Assembly: GCA_964016885.1 (NCBI GenBank)
Contig: OZ024740.1
Coordinates: forward strand, 255,254,001 to 255,318,000
Direction: 5' to 3'
Length of the DNA stretch: 64,000 nt
Source: Eledone cirrhosa
Lineage: Eukaryota
Each line of letters begins with the position of its first letter. The stretch's first letter is position 1. The translations under genes were made by a program, and so were the position numbers. Shown piece by piece: positions 1 to 12,451 of the stretch. Under the pieces are notes generated by a model. It was not told where the DNA came from. It searched no databases and saw only the letters and a list, made by a program, of their open reading frames with translations.

Positions 1-461
1 ATGGTATTATTATATCTAATGGTATTTCCCCTGTTGTTGTGTGGTCTTGTATAGAAGTTTCGGACGTATTGAGGATCGGTTTGTTGATAGTCCGGGTTGT
101 AGATTTTGTTCCTTTGTGTGGGTTGGGATCTACGGTTTTGGAACAGGCTCTGTGTGGACAGAGGTCTACGGTTTTGGAATAGGTTTTGTGTGGGTTGTGA
201 TCTGCGGATCGGGTCTTGCTTTGTGTTCGGGGATCTTCGGTTTTTGTTAGTAGGGTTTTAGTTTTGTCTATGGTTTCTGGGATTATCGTTATAGTTTTGC
301 TGGGGGTATGTTGGACATTTTGTTACCTTTTTGTTATTTGTTGTGCATATGGTGTGTGAGTTTTAGTTTGTTTTAAAAATGGGTTACCTGTATGTTGTTC
401 ATTTTTAAAGTCCATTTCGTAGTTGTTGAACCAGGTGGCGTTTTTTTCCCATCGCTGGAGG

Positions 462-462
<1 letters not shown>

Positions 463-544
<82 letters not shown>

Positions 545-555
545 ATATATATATG

Positions 556-587
<32 letters not shown>

Positions 588-591
588 CATG

Positions 592-623
<32 letters not shown>

Positions 624-800
624 TATATGTATATATACATATATATACATATATATATATATATACATATATATACATATATATATACTTATATATATAT
701 ATATACATATATATATACATATATACATATATATATAAATATATATATATATACATATATATACATATATATATACATATATACATATATATAAAAAAAA

Positions 801-831
<31 letters not shown>

Positions 832-950
832 CATATATACATATATATATATATACATATATACATATTTATATATATATATATATGTATGTATATACAT
901 ACATATATATATACATAATATGTATATATATATGTATATGTATATATATG
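463..950. repeat. Compound (TA)n/(TACA) microsatellite, representative of many similar tracts
   Basis: Directly visible dinucleotide run; source of the YIYI ORFs. Confidence 0.98.
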
Positions 951-1035
951 TAGGAGGTGAGTTTTATTGTAGCACAATAAAGCAATGCAAATATCGGATA
1001 AGTAGCAGTCAACAGTTTATAGGACTAGAGTATAA

Positions 1036-1390
1036 ATAATATAAAATCAAAAGATGGTTAAAAGAGTTCCATGTATTTTATTATGCGCATTTCAAAAACA
1101 AATATCATTATGGGATGATATTTGCGTTCTCATCAGATAAAATAGGGAGACATGACATGAAGCTCTAAAAACACTTACGAGCAGTGAAGTGTTAAATCAA
1201 CATATATTGATATGTTGATTTAACACTTCACTGCTCGCAAGAGTTTTTTAAGCTTCATATCACGTCTACCTATTTTATCTGATGAGAACGCAAATATGGT
1301 CCCATGATGATATTTGTTTTTGAAATGCGCATAATAAAATACATGGAACTCTTTTAACCATCTTTTGATTTTATATGATTTTATATTATA
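1036..1390. mobile_element. Foldback HHR unit, family A (PLE pLTR-like)
   Basis: Arms about 1036-1205 and 1211-1385 are reverse complements. HHR at 1272-1340(+): ATTTTAT-CTGATGA-helix II-GAAAT GCGC ATA-ATAAAAT; mirror copy at 1075-1143(-). Confidence 0.8.
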
Positions 1391-1392
1391 TA

Positions 1393-2416
1393 TAAGTATG
1401 TATACGTACATACATATATGTATACAGACGTACAGTAGTATGTATATATATATACATACATGCACACATATATATATGTACGTATGGATTCACCGAACAT
1501 TTATTATAATGCTCGGTGTGTTTGTAAACAAATATCTCGTATTAAGCCGTAGTGTCTAGCAACCATCGTTGCTCGCCTGTTCAACACTGACAAAAGAACG
1601 CTGTACTAGTTTCAAGCTTATTAGCTATCGTCAGCAACGTATACCTTCCTGCCAGATGACTGAACGTCTGAAAGTATATACTTTCCTTATGCATATTAAC
1701 GGCTGAGCAGCCTAATTTGCATATCGAGTGGGTTAATCGGCCGGGTGCACCGAAAAGGATAAACTGAAAAAATGAAACGAAATTTCATTTCCCACTCTTA
1801 GTACTGCTGTTACTTAAATATAAGTATGTATACGTACATACATATATGTATACAGACGTACAGTAGTATGTATATATATATATACATACATGCACACATA
1901 TATATATGTACGTATGGATTCACCGAACATATATTATAATGCTCGGTGTGTTTATAAATATTCGGTGCACCCGGCCGATTAACCCACTCGATATGCAAAT
2001 TAGGCTGCTCAGCCGTTAATATGCATAAGGAAAGTATATACTTTCAAACGTTCAATCATCTGGCAGGCAGGTATACGTTGCTGACGATAGATAATAAGCT
2101 TGAAACTAGTACATCGTTCCTGTGTCAGTGTTGAACAAAAAGGTGACGTGGTTGCCTAAACACTGTACGGCGTAATTCGGGCTGTTTGTTTGTTTACAAT
2201 CAAACAAACCGAGCATTATAATAAATGTTCGGTGAATCCATACGTACATATATATATATATGTGTGCATGTATGTATATATATATATATACATACTACTG
2301 TACGTCTGCATACTTATATTTAAGTATACGTACTATGTACGTATACATACTTATATTTAAATAACAGCCGTACTAAGAGTGGGAAATGAAATTTCGTTTA
2401 ATTTTTTTCGTTTACG
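1393..2416. mobile_element. Family B HHR unit: 428-bp monomer, partial direct repeat, then inverted copy
   Basis: TAAGTATGTATACG recurs at 1393 and 1821; 1961-2416 is an inverted copy. HHRs at 1598-1640(-) and 2075-2117(+): CTGACGA...GAAAC TA GTA. Confidence 0.8.
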
Positions 2417-2428
2417 TTATATATATAT

Positions 2429-2502
<74 letters not shown>

Positions 2503-2505
<3 letters not shown>

Positions 2506-2753
2506 ATATAAAATCAAAATATGGTTAAAAGAGTTCCATGTATTTCATTATGCGCATTTCAAAAACAAATATCATCATGGGATGATATTTGCGTTCTCAT
2601 CAGATAAAATAGGGAGACGTGATATGAAGCTTAAAAAACACTTGCGAGCAGTGAAGTGTTAAATCAACATATGAAAAATAAAATAAGATGGGTATATGAG
2701 ATTGTGCTACAATAAAACTCTTTTAACCATCTTTTGATTTTATATGATTTTAT

Positions 2754-2760
<7 letters not shown>
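2503..2760 (-). mobile_element. Second family A copy with short inverted end
   Basis: Matches 1036-1205; HHR 2542-2610(-); 2716-2760 is an inverted terminus. Confidence 0.8.
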
Positions 2761-2830
<70 letters not shown>

Positions 2831-2832
<2 letters not shown>

Positions 2833-2980
2833 TATTTCATTGTCCAGAAATAGCCGCCGAAACGGCTTGAGCTGTGCCGTCGGGGTCATACTTTTTCCTA
2901 TTTCCGACACTACTACCCTAAGTATTGAGTATTCTGGTGCGTTATGGTCCATCTGGTTCCTTACCACAATTCCTTTGTTA
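2831..2980 (+). mobile_element. Family R repeat carrying the 3' half of an HHR (also 10141-10250 and 50657-50797, minus strand)
   Basis: CTATTTC/GAAATAG hairpin, then GAA-ACGGC...GCCGT-C (helix III, GUC site); the 5' core is lost at the (TA)n boundary. Confidence 0.65.
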
Positions 2981-2988
2981 TATATATA

Positions 2989-3628
2989 TTCCTAAGCCGA
3001 AATACGATTCTCGCTAATTTGTATTTGTATTAATCTCCAGAGTCTAGCTATTGACCAGTTAATTTTCTTGATTTTTTTAGTTGATTCTATTGACTGATGA
3101 ATAGCTTATGTTAACTTTAACCATTCTGTCGAGAGCTTTATTCGATTTGTGATGTTTTGCATTCTTGCAATATTATACACAACTGAATTCATTCGCCTAA
3201 AATAAGTGTTGCCTCCCTTGCCGAACTCCACATGGGGTCAGTAATAGTCACACTTTGAATTAGCAATTGAACAAAAACCTGTTGATAAAGTGGCTTCCTT
3301 GTTCAATCATCTTACCAGAAGCCTAACATTATTTATGTAAGCGGACAGTACTTGATTTAGGAGTCGCAGAAACCCAAATACTGGATTTTACCAACCTTCC
3401 AGGGTCCGGGTAAATTTTCAATCACATATATTTTTATTGTTTGACCCGAATTACTTGGTCGTTTCTTTGGCTGTGCGGATGTTTGTTTAACCATCGTCTC
3501 AGTGTGTTTGGCCTTTATCGTATGTTGTAGCTCTGATTCATCTGAATCATCGAGCGCTTGCCACACATCTCGGAAGTTGTTTTTCGTTAATTCCTAAGCC
3601 GAAATACGATTCTCGGTAATTTATATTT
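2989..3628 (+). mobile_element. Family C: 602-bp unit with about 38-bp terminal direct repeat
   Basis: TTCCTAAGCCGAAATACGATTCTCG at 2989 and 3591; flanked by (TA)n; degenerate HHR core CTGATGA(3094)...GAGAGCTT(3131). Confidence 0.6.
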
Positions 3629-3990
3629 ATATATATATATATACACCCAAAAGAACTAGCTAAATGTATATCATATAATCGTACCCCGTAATAACCACAT
3701 TGTATAGCAGCATGACCCAACTTTGAATACTATATACAAATTATCTACTCGGTGTATTAGTACTATGCGATGGGCTTGTATTGACGTTAGAAATAGCAGC
3801 CAAAGAACCGTCTGAATCAACTCTGAACATTTAAGGAGCAGTCATTATTGACATCTAACACTACAAAGTAATCTGTCTCTAATACAGTTTATTTTCCATA
3901 CATACAGATAGTTTCACATATGCATATAAATACGCATACATATAAACACACACACACACGCACGCACACACGCACGCACACACACACACG

Positions 3991-4120
<130 letters not shown>

Positions 4121-4814
4121 AATATATAAGTAGCTATTTGTTATTAGATCACCGTCTGCTCCGACGTCCCACTTTTCGATCAACAGCGCGGCACATGTTT
4201 CACCCATTCAATTATAAGTACATTCCACTCGCCGGGTATCCAAAGATTTGCTGTCATCCAATTTCACTCGTATATGTTGGGTCTATCGTGGCTACGGTAC
4301 ATGAGAGTTGCCAAAGTTGTTCCGCAGCGGGGTCAAAACAGTGACCCAATCATTGCGAAGCCAATTTTTTATCATCCTATCATGCTGCGCCTACAGTCTG
4401 ATGTGATAGTCCCTTAATTTCCGGGAGAGTCGTAGGGCCGCTGCAGTGGCATTCGTCGTTTTGGGGGCTTTTTTAAGTTTGGCAGAGCCCATCTCCTCTC
4501 CAGGTCTAAACATAACAGATATTTTCCTGGGGATAGAAAGTTAGAGAGAGGAAATGAGAGATATTTATAAAGAATCGATCCAGTACTAGACTGGTACATT
4601 TTGTTTATTGACCTTGAATGGATGCAAAACGAAGTTGACCTCCGCAGTATCTGAACACAGAGAGCAGAGAGTCAAAACGAATACCACAAAGCACTCTATC
4701 CGAATATCCGACGTTCTAAAGACTCTACCAGTAGCAGTAGCAAAATGTTACTGATTTGTATTCCTAATGCCGTAGGCCACAGAGAGACGCGTCGCCAAAC
4801 GTTGAAGACTTCGT

Positions 4815-4886
<72 letters not shown>

Positions 4887-5051
4887 TGTGTGTGTGTTTG
4901 TGTGCGCGCGCGCGTGTGTACGTATATATAAATAAATATATACATATATGTGTATATATATATATGTAAATATTGGTATTAGAGGTGCAAATTGTGTCAG
5001 TAGGTGGTATGCCAAGATGAGCACTCGAGGCTCTCGGGGAGCAGAGTATCA

Positions 5052-5289
5052 ATAATAATATATAAGGGAACAAAGAATCAGTGTTGCATCATATACATAT
5101 TTAATTACATATTACATATATTTCACTGTCGATCAGCTCGAGGAACCATCGATTAATGATCGATCCTGACTCTGGAATCGGAACTTCCTCAGATATGTGT
5201 TCACATGTAGATTCGCGTGTGAGAGTGGTTGGGTATTTAGATATTTATCCCGATTCATTATATTATGCTGCTACACTCTCTGCTAAAGG
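5052..5289 (-). mobile_element. Family D pLTR-like repeat with HHR (5107-5198)
   Basis: Reverse complement of 8856-9085; related to 35802-36110. Confidence 0.75.
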
Positions 5290-6177
5290 GGTGTGTCATC
5301 ACCGTATTCATCCTGTTAAATTGTATTCGGTCAAATATCTTGATCAAGGCGGCATTTTACGCTGGTCTCATACCAAAGCCATTTTTTTTGCCTGGCGGGC
5401 CAGTGTGCCCGAAGTCTGCTGTTACAGTCAAAGGGAATAGAGAAATACAATAATAATAATAATAATTGTTTCTACTTTTGGCACAAGGTCAGCAATTATC
5501 CCAGTGTATTACTGGAATAATAATAAAAGATATATCTAAACTATAATAAAGTAAGGACTGCGGGACTACGTACGGTTTATTTCTTTTAATCCAGTTAGTA
5601 AAATAAGTTGGATTACCTTGAATAAATAACGAATGAATATTACATAATTTATCTACTAAATTTCGTAACTAAATTTCGTAAACATTAATAATTTAAAATT
5701 GACTTCTTTTCAAAGGTTCATTCACATTTCTACACTTCCGGTATATCGTCGCCACCACAACCACCATATATATAGAAAGAGAGAGTATGTGATGAGAGAG
5801 ATAGAGAGATTATGATTTTCTATACGCTGACGCGTATGAGTGTACACACATACATCTATATGTATGAGTAACTATTATGAGTATATAACTATAATCGTGC
5901 AAACACAAACTTATAAAAATAGACGCTCACGGACATACATTCAGATAAATACACACACACATTCACACATAATTTCACCCAAACATACATACATTCACGC
6001 ATATACATTTACACAAACACACACATACAGTCATGATAGCAGAGTTCGGTGAATTGGAAATGGGAGGGTAAAACAAGTATAACGTTTTGTTTAATCATTA
6101 ACTCTTTATTTATTTATTAACTTTTTTTAAAAACTCATTTAACATAATGGTTACAGAAAGAAAACACTAACAAATAT

Positions 6178-6358
6178 AATTGTTTCTACTTTTGGTACAA
6201 GGCCAGTAATTATCCCAGTGTATTACTGGTACTTTATTTTATCGACCCCGTAAAGATGAAAGGCAAAGTTAACCTCGACGGGATTTGAACTCAGACCGTA
6301 AAGGGATGTAACTATGCTGGAAAGCATGGCGTCCGACCCTCGCCGATACTGCCAATTC
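6178..6358 (-). mobile_element. tRNA-derived SINE, family 1
   Basis: A-box-like TGGCAGTATCGG, B-box GAGTTCAAATCCC, core CCTTTCATC...GGGTCGATAAAATAAAGTACCAG, tail AGAAACAATT; many similar copies in the window. Confidence 0.9.
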
Positions 6359-6429
6359 AATATAATATATACAAAGGAAAGGGAAAGGAAAAAAAGAAGA
6401 AGAAAAAAATAAACAAGCAGGTAATACAC

Positions 6430-6985
6430 ACATCTTAGGCCCCAGAACAATATGAAGGCAAAAGAGTGGACAAACGAAGCGCTACCAGAGCAAAAGATAG
6501 CAATATAGCGAGGAGCACTGGGAAACCTCTCTAATCATTTTTGAAGGGGGCCAGCACGCCCGCAGCGTTACCTGGGGGTGATGACGACGCTGAGGTGCTG
6601 GAACAACCAAGTGCCTTCACGAGTATCACCAGTTACCTCTGTTTGGCGAGCTGTTAGTGAAGATAAGAATCTCGCTGTCAGTAGCCCGACTCCCCCCAAA
6701 CGTCTCGAACGCCACAGGCTGGATAATGTCGTTTGCTGACAGAACACGGTATTTTAGGATTTTGTTCCGTTCAGCTGCGGATGCTGTAGCTCTCGCCCTT
6801 ACTGCTGCATCCAGGATGTGGGAAGAGACAAAAGAGTCACTAACTGTGACGTCCCAGGTAAGGAACCGGCATCTTGACCAGGATCACAGAGTAAGGCCGT
6901 CAAGTCTTTTCCCATCAATTCAGGACAACCCAGACGGTTCCAAAATTGAGGGGATGTTTTCCCGGGCCAAAGCTCTTAAGTGGTA
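6430..6985 (-). pseudogene. CRE-clade non-LTR retrotransposon, C-terminal REL endonuclease fragment
   Basis: Minus strand reads EPSGLS*IDGKRLDGLTL*SWSR..LTWDVTVSD..AAERNKILKY..PVAFETFG, followed by a GNAA-like end. Confidence 0.8.
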
Positions 6986-7164
6986 ATAGGACAGTGTGTG
7001 TCTGTGTACGCGCGTGATTTTGTCGGCGTTCTTAAATTCTGTGTGTGTGTCACTGTTTTAAAGTTAGACATATATATGTGTGTATCCCTTTCCTTCCCTA
7101 AACACACATACATTCACCCAAACACACATACACATTGTGTCATGGACAGAAGTCCCTCAAATTT

Positions 7165-7816
7165 ATATATATGTGAATGGAGTTCTACTGAAGCAGTTAG
7201 AGAAGTTCAAGTATCTTGGAGCCGTGTTCATGAGTGATGGAATGCAGGAGGCTGAATTAAGTGCAAGAATTGCAAAAGCTGATGCAGTAATGCGCCAGCT
7301 CAGCCTCAGTAATCAGATGAAGGGGGTAGGTGTAAAAGCCAAACTCGCTGTCTTCCTGGTATTCCTGCCAACTCTTACCGAGGATCATGAATCTTGAGTA
7401 ATGACCAAAAGAATACAATTGCAAATAAAAGTGGCAGAAATGGGATTCCTCCGAAGGGTCTTTGTAGTAACGTTATTCGATAAAGTGCATAGCTAAAAGA
7501 CCAGAGAGTCACTCCTGGTAGAGCCGCTACTTCTCTGAATTGAGACATCACAACTCCGATATTATGAGCATGTAGTTAGAATGTCTCAGTAAAGAATCAC
7601 TGGACACATTTTACAGGCAAAACCAACCGGCAAGAGACCCAGAGGTAGACCCTGAGCAAGATAGTTGGATAACATCCATGAGTTTGGCTGGTCACGCTTT
7701 GGGATCCAGCTGGATCAGTTAGAGATGTTTGCTACTGACAGACTTGCTGGAAGGAGTGTTTGAGAAGGACTCTGCCCCCACGACCCTCTCAGAAATAAGT
7801 GGGCGAAGAAGAAGAT
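7165..7816 (+). mobile_element. RTE-type LINE 3' fragment with (GAA)n tail
   Basis: QLEKFKYLGAVFMSDG..AVMRQL..PTLT..HESW motifs; homologous to 59570-60135. Confidence 0.85.
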
Positions 7817-8011
7817 ATTGTCAATTTACTTTTCAATATACATATATATATTAGCGTATAATACCAATATGCACACTACATATGCTAGCAGAAGCCATCC
7901 GCGGGAGGGTTTTCTGCTAGTATATATAAAAAATAACAGATAAAGTAATGACAATGCAGATAAAGGATAAAAAAATAATAAAACCTATACAAATATATAT
8001 ATATATATATG

Positions 8012-8063
<52 letters not shown>

Positions 8064-8314
8064 CGTGTGTGTGTGTGTGTGTGAGTGTGTGCATATATAT
8101 ATATATATATATTTGTATAGGTTTTATTATTTTTTATCCTTTATCTGCATTGTTATTACTTTATCTGTTATTTTTTTTATATATATACTAGCAGAAAACC
8201 CGCCCCTTGGCGATTTTCTGCTAGCATATGTAGTGTGCATATTGGTATTATACGCTAATATATATGCATATAGATATATGTCAATTGAAAAGTAAATTGA
8301 CAAAATCTTCTTCT
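7810..8314. repeat. Inverted repeat (arms about 190 bp) around a TA/CA/TG microsatellite, with Helitron-like GC-hairpin+CTAG motifs
   Basis: 7810-7995 is the reverse complement of 8112-8314. Confidence 0.75.
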
Positions 8315-8334
8315 TTAATACCTTCTTCATAACC

Positions 8335-8850
8335 AGTGCCTCATAATATTCGGTATGCTGTCTGAACATTTCAGGGTTGGCCGACAAGGTAGACACTCTT
8401 TTCGATACTCCCTTGACTATAGAGTTAATTACAGTCTTGTGGTGGTTCGAGTGTCTACTCACGTACTGCAAATTTTCATTTGGTTTGAGGTACGGTCGGT
8501 AAATATCTGTGTCCAGCTCCAGGGTTACGTCCAGGAAGTTCGCCGTCTGTGCCTTGGGGTCTATCTCTAACGTCAGTCCGTATTGTTTAAAAAAAATACC
8601 TAATTCTTTTCCTCATTCTCTCTCGCCGGTTAGGGTTGAGGGAGTGGAACGTAAAAAGAGCATCGTCTCTATAGAATCCGCCCCCAGCCTGGGAATTTCC
8701 TCCAACAGCTGCTGCAGGATGTATATTTCCACTGTGTCCGTTACCTATGCGGAGTCACTGGATCCCATAGTTATGTCGAAACTGCCGGGTCTATCCTTAT
8801 GCTCCCAGAGTCTACCGTCGTACTGGACCCCGTAGTTATGTCGACCCGGC
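8335..8850 (-). pseudogene. PLE reverse transcriptase fragment (YRDD type, Hydra-clade-like)
   Basis: FDITMGSSDSA*VTDTVEIYILQQL, GGFYRDD, QYVSRHSNHHKTVINSIVKGVSKRVSTLS. Confidence 0.85.
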
Positions 8851-8855
8851 AGTTT

Positions 8856-9085
8856 CCTTTAGCAGAGAGTGTGTCGGCATAAAATAATGAATCGAAATAA
8901 ATACCCAACCACTATTAGATGCGAGTGAACATGTGAACACATATCTGAGGAGCTTCCGATTCCAGAGTCAGGATCGATTATTCATCGATCGTTCCTCGAG
9001 CTGATCGACAGTGAAACATATGTAATATGTAATTAAATATGTATATGATGCAACACTGTATTAGTTCCCTTATATATTATTATTA
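8856..9085 (+). mobile_element. Inverted family D pLTR with type I HHR (8939-9030)
   Basis: ACATAT-CTGAGGA-long helix II-GAAAC ATAT GTA-ATATGT; abuts the 5' truncation point of the RT fragment. Confidence 0.8.
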
Positions 9086-9288
9086 TATATAAATATATAT
9101 ATATATATTGATATGTTTTGGGAGGGTTATATTGGTATGATATTGTCAGAAATATATAATAAAACACACTCTCTGTTTGGTTTGGGTTGGATTTTCCTTC
9201 CGTATATTTTATATCCCTATAGTTAACTTCGTTGGCAATCAATATTTATCATTGATTGACCAACAGTTAATATATATATATATATATA

Positions 9289-9332
9289 TATCAGAGTTCT
9301 TTCATCACACACCTGTGACATCATCAGTGATA
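9289..9332 (-). ncRNA. Minimal type I hammerhead, family S
   Basis: Minus strand: TATCA-CTGATGA-tgTCACA ggtg TGTGAt-GAAAG AA CTC-TGATA. Confidence 0.7.
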
Positions 9333-9437
9333 CCATTATGCTTCCTCCCGTTGTATTTTAATACAAGTATAACAATATTTGTTTCAACACACGATTTCAT
9401 ATAAAAACAACCTTGCAAAAAAAATCTATGTATGTAT

Positions 9438-10060
9438 GTTCTTCTGGTTTTATAATTTCACAAAGTTTTCCCAATAGCGAGAGAGTCGGTTTCTAACATA
9501 GACACAACACTCTCTCATTGGAATTTACACATCAACTAGGTAGATATGTATGTATGCATGTGTAGATATGGATGTTATTGTATGTGTGGGTGCGTATGTT
9601 TTGAATTGTATGTGTGCATGTGTATATGCTTTGCATCTGTACATTTGTATATGCAGTTATTAGATGCAACATTTTTGGAATGTTTTACATATTTTTACGC
9701 TCCCATTAATGGATTGTACTTGTAATTTCCTAATTAGTTGTGTTCTTTCTGTTCCTGTGAAGCCTAGCTTCTCAAGATTTGTATTGAGGCAGTCACTAAC
9801 ATACTCCAGTGCCCCAATAATCACAGGCATAAATCTGAAGGTGTAATCAGGGTGGAGTATCTGCAGATTTCTCATCAGTTCTGCATGAATATTCTCCTTT
9901 TCACTAATCTTTGATATTATATTGGCATCTGCTGGGCAGCTAATTTCCACTACTGTACGTGCTTTCTTCTCCCTGTCCCATATCATAATATCTGGTCTGT
10001 TTTGCCTGCATTTTATTGGGGTTTTTACTGGAACATTCCACCAGTACTCTTTCATATTAT
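9438..10060 (-). mobile_element. R4/Dong-type LINE 3' end (REL domain plus 3' UTR) in a (CATA)n tract
   Basis: WWNVPVKT..NRPDIMIWDREKK..VVEISCP..PVIIGAL; (TATG)n on both sides. Confidence 0.85.
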
Positions 10061-10559
10061 GTATGTATGTATGTATGTATGTATGTATGTATGTATGTAT
10101 GTATGTATGTATGTATGTATGTATGTATGTATGTATGTATAACAAAGAAAGTGTGGTAAGGAACCAGGTGGACCATAACGCACCAGAGTACTCGATACTT
10201 AGGGTAGGAGAGCAGGTAATAGGAAAAGAGTCAGGATCGAGCTGACCGTAAATAAGTAATTCTTTAATAACGTCCTTTATTTTTCCCAAGATCTTTTCTC
10301 AGGATTTCATTATGAAAAAACTGCAACTTATCATGAATATAAACTGTTAAATCCCTCACAAAAAAACACACAATACCAAGGCTGACACCATAAACCAACA
10401 ATAATTAAATGGACTTTAAATATATTGTCTCGCTTTAACCCTGTTAAAGCATATCTGAAAAAGACTTATTGGGAAGCATATAGTTCTTCCAGTGAGGTAA
10501 ACCTATATTAGTTGAATTAGCTGAATTAGTTCTATTTGAAATTCTTGTTATCTATAGTT

Positions 10560-10912
10560 GTTGTCGTCATCATTGTAAATGGTATATATATATATGAGTA
10601 AATAATATGTGAAAATAAACTCTGATGATAACGATCTTGAACCGATTCCTGATGGTCTCAGTATAAAACCATAAGTAAATGTAGGAAAAAATTTTAAAGA
10701 ATTAAACATTTTTTTAAGTATGTAACTATACGACATCGGAACGAAGTTCTATCGGCTGAAACGTGTTAGTTTTAAAGCGCACTTATTCTTTGGTGTTTTT
10801 CCATAAAAACTATATATCAGCTCTGCGTGAACCCCATTGCATCGAGTTTATAACCTTCTGGTGAAGTGTCAACTTAATAATAACAATTCTGTTATAATTA
10901 TTAATTAATAAC

Positions 10913-10916
<4 letters not shown>
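10560..10916 (+). mobile_element. Family I pLTR-like segment with HHR (10617-10772)
   Basis: AAACT-CTGATGA-about 130-nt helix II-GAAAC GT GTT-AGTTT; ends in (TA)n. Confidence 0.65.
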
Positions 10917-10980
<64 letters not shown>

Positions 10981-11041
10981 TTGTTATGCTTTGGGAGAGT
11001 CATGTTGCCAACAAATTCAGAAACGAAATATATATATATAT

Positions 11042-12420
11042 ATTTATTAAAATAACAGATTAAAGTTTAAGCAAAGAATCGCTGCTTTCACCCTTAACGG
11101 GATCTTCTGAAACTAACAAAGTCAATCTGTGAACGCAGAAGTGAATATTTCAAAAAACGTTGCAACCGGAGGAAGACAGGAAGACAATATTTTGGTTCGT
11201 GGAAACGTTACCTGGCAAAGAGCGGGAAAAAACGAATATAATACGTCATTAGTTGGAGCGGTGAAAAACAATTACGCGCAAAGACAAAACCACGTTTATG
11301 GTATAAAAGAAGTCGTAGACTAATGTTCTCTTAGGTGGTTCATAGAGACGTTCTCTGGCAATGAACGGAAAAAACGAAGATAATACGTCATACGTGGAGC
11401 GGAGAGAACAATTGCACGCAAAGTCAAAACCACGTAAATGGTATAACTGAAGTCGTAGACTAAAATTCTAACTAGGAAACCGAATAATTCTCGGCTTCAG
11501 AGTTAAGAATAAAGTAAATAAAATACAGAGGTAAATGAAATTAAATAAATACATACACGCATCCATATACGTACATACACAAGCATACGCGAAAACACTC
11601 GCCATAGGTATACAAATACACGGACGTACGACCCCCCCCCCCAAAAAAAAACCGCACGCCTGTACCCTCACGCATACGAATGTATACACCAAATACACAT
11701 AAAAATATATATAAAAATATATATATATATATATGTGTGTGTGCGTGTATACATATAATTAAATAAACGTATATAAATAAATAAATACGTATATAACAAG
11801 CGCACACACATACCTACATGTAAATACACTTATGTTCGGAGACGTACGTCAACCAAAACACGAAGTACACATATACACACACCCTACATACGTACGAACC
11901 AGCACACTCACACAGACGCAAAACTCACGTATACACATAACCAAAAGCATATGTAGCAGAAAAAATAATATATACGCCATAACATATACAATCAAATATA
12001 CGTACGAGAAAGTATACGTACCTTCAGAAAACATGCAGGTAATATATACTTACCTATACAAATAAGTAATGGTATAAACGTAACATATACTTAGCTACCA
12101 CACGAAGACGTAAAATATCCGCGTATAGTTCGTACTATCCGTTAGGGTATAACGTGGGGCTGTAATACAGGAACGTTTTGTGCAGTTTATGTTTACAAAC
12201 CAAAATTGCCTCAGATTTTTGTTTAAGATATGGTCTTTGGCGTAGAGTATTTCCAGGGCCTCAGCGGCGCAGAGGTCACATAGTCTTTTATTTCCGTTAT
12301 ACGATCTAGCCCTAGCTAGGATCTCCCAGTGTAACTTATATTGGGTGTGGTTGTCTTTTAGACTCCAGATATAAGCTGAAAGTGACGTCATATTCCTTCT
12401 TAAAGGGTAACGAAAAGAAT
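11042..12420 (-). mobile_element. PLE 3' end, family E: endonuclease C-terminus, 3' UTR and HHR (11064-11114)
   Basis: TSLSAYIWSLKD..LHWEILARARSY..RLCDLC..E..ILNK; homologous to 34143-35050. Confidence 0.85.
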
Positions 12421-12451
12421 ATATACATACATAAATGCACACATATATATA

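Noticed and set aside
9660-10289. 209-aa ORF as one gene
   Set aside because: Chimera of family R repeat, (CATA)n and a Dong REL fragment.
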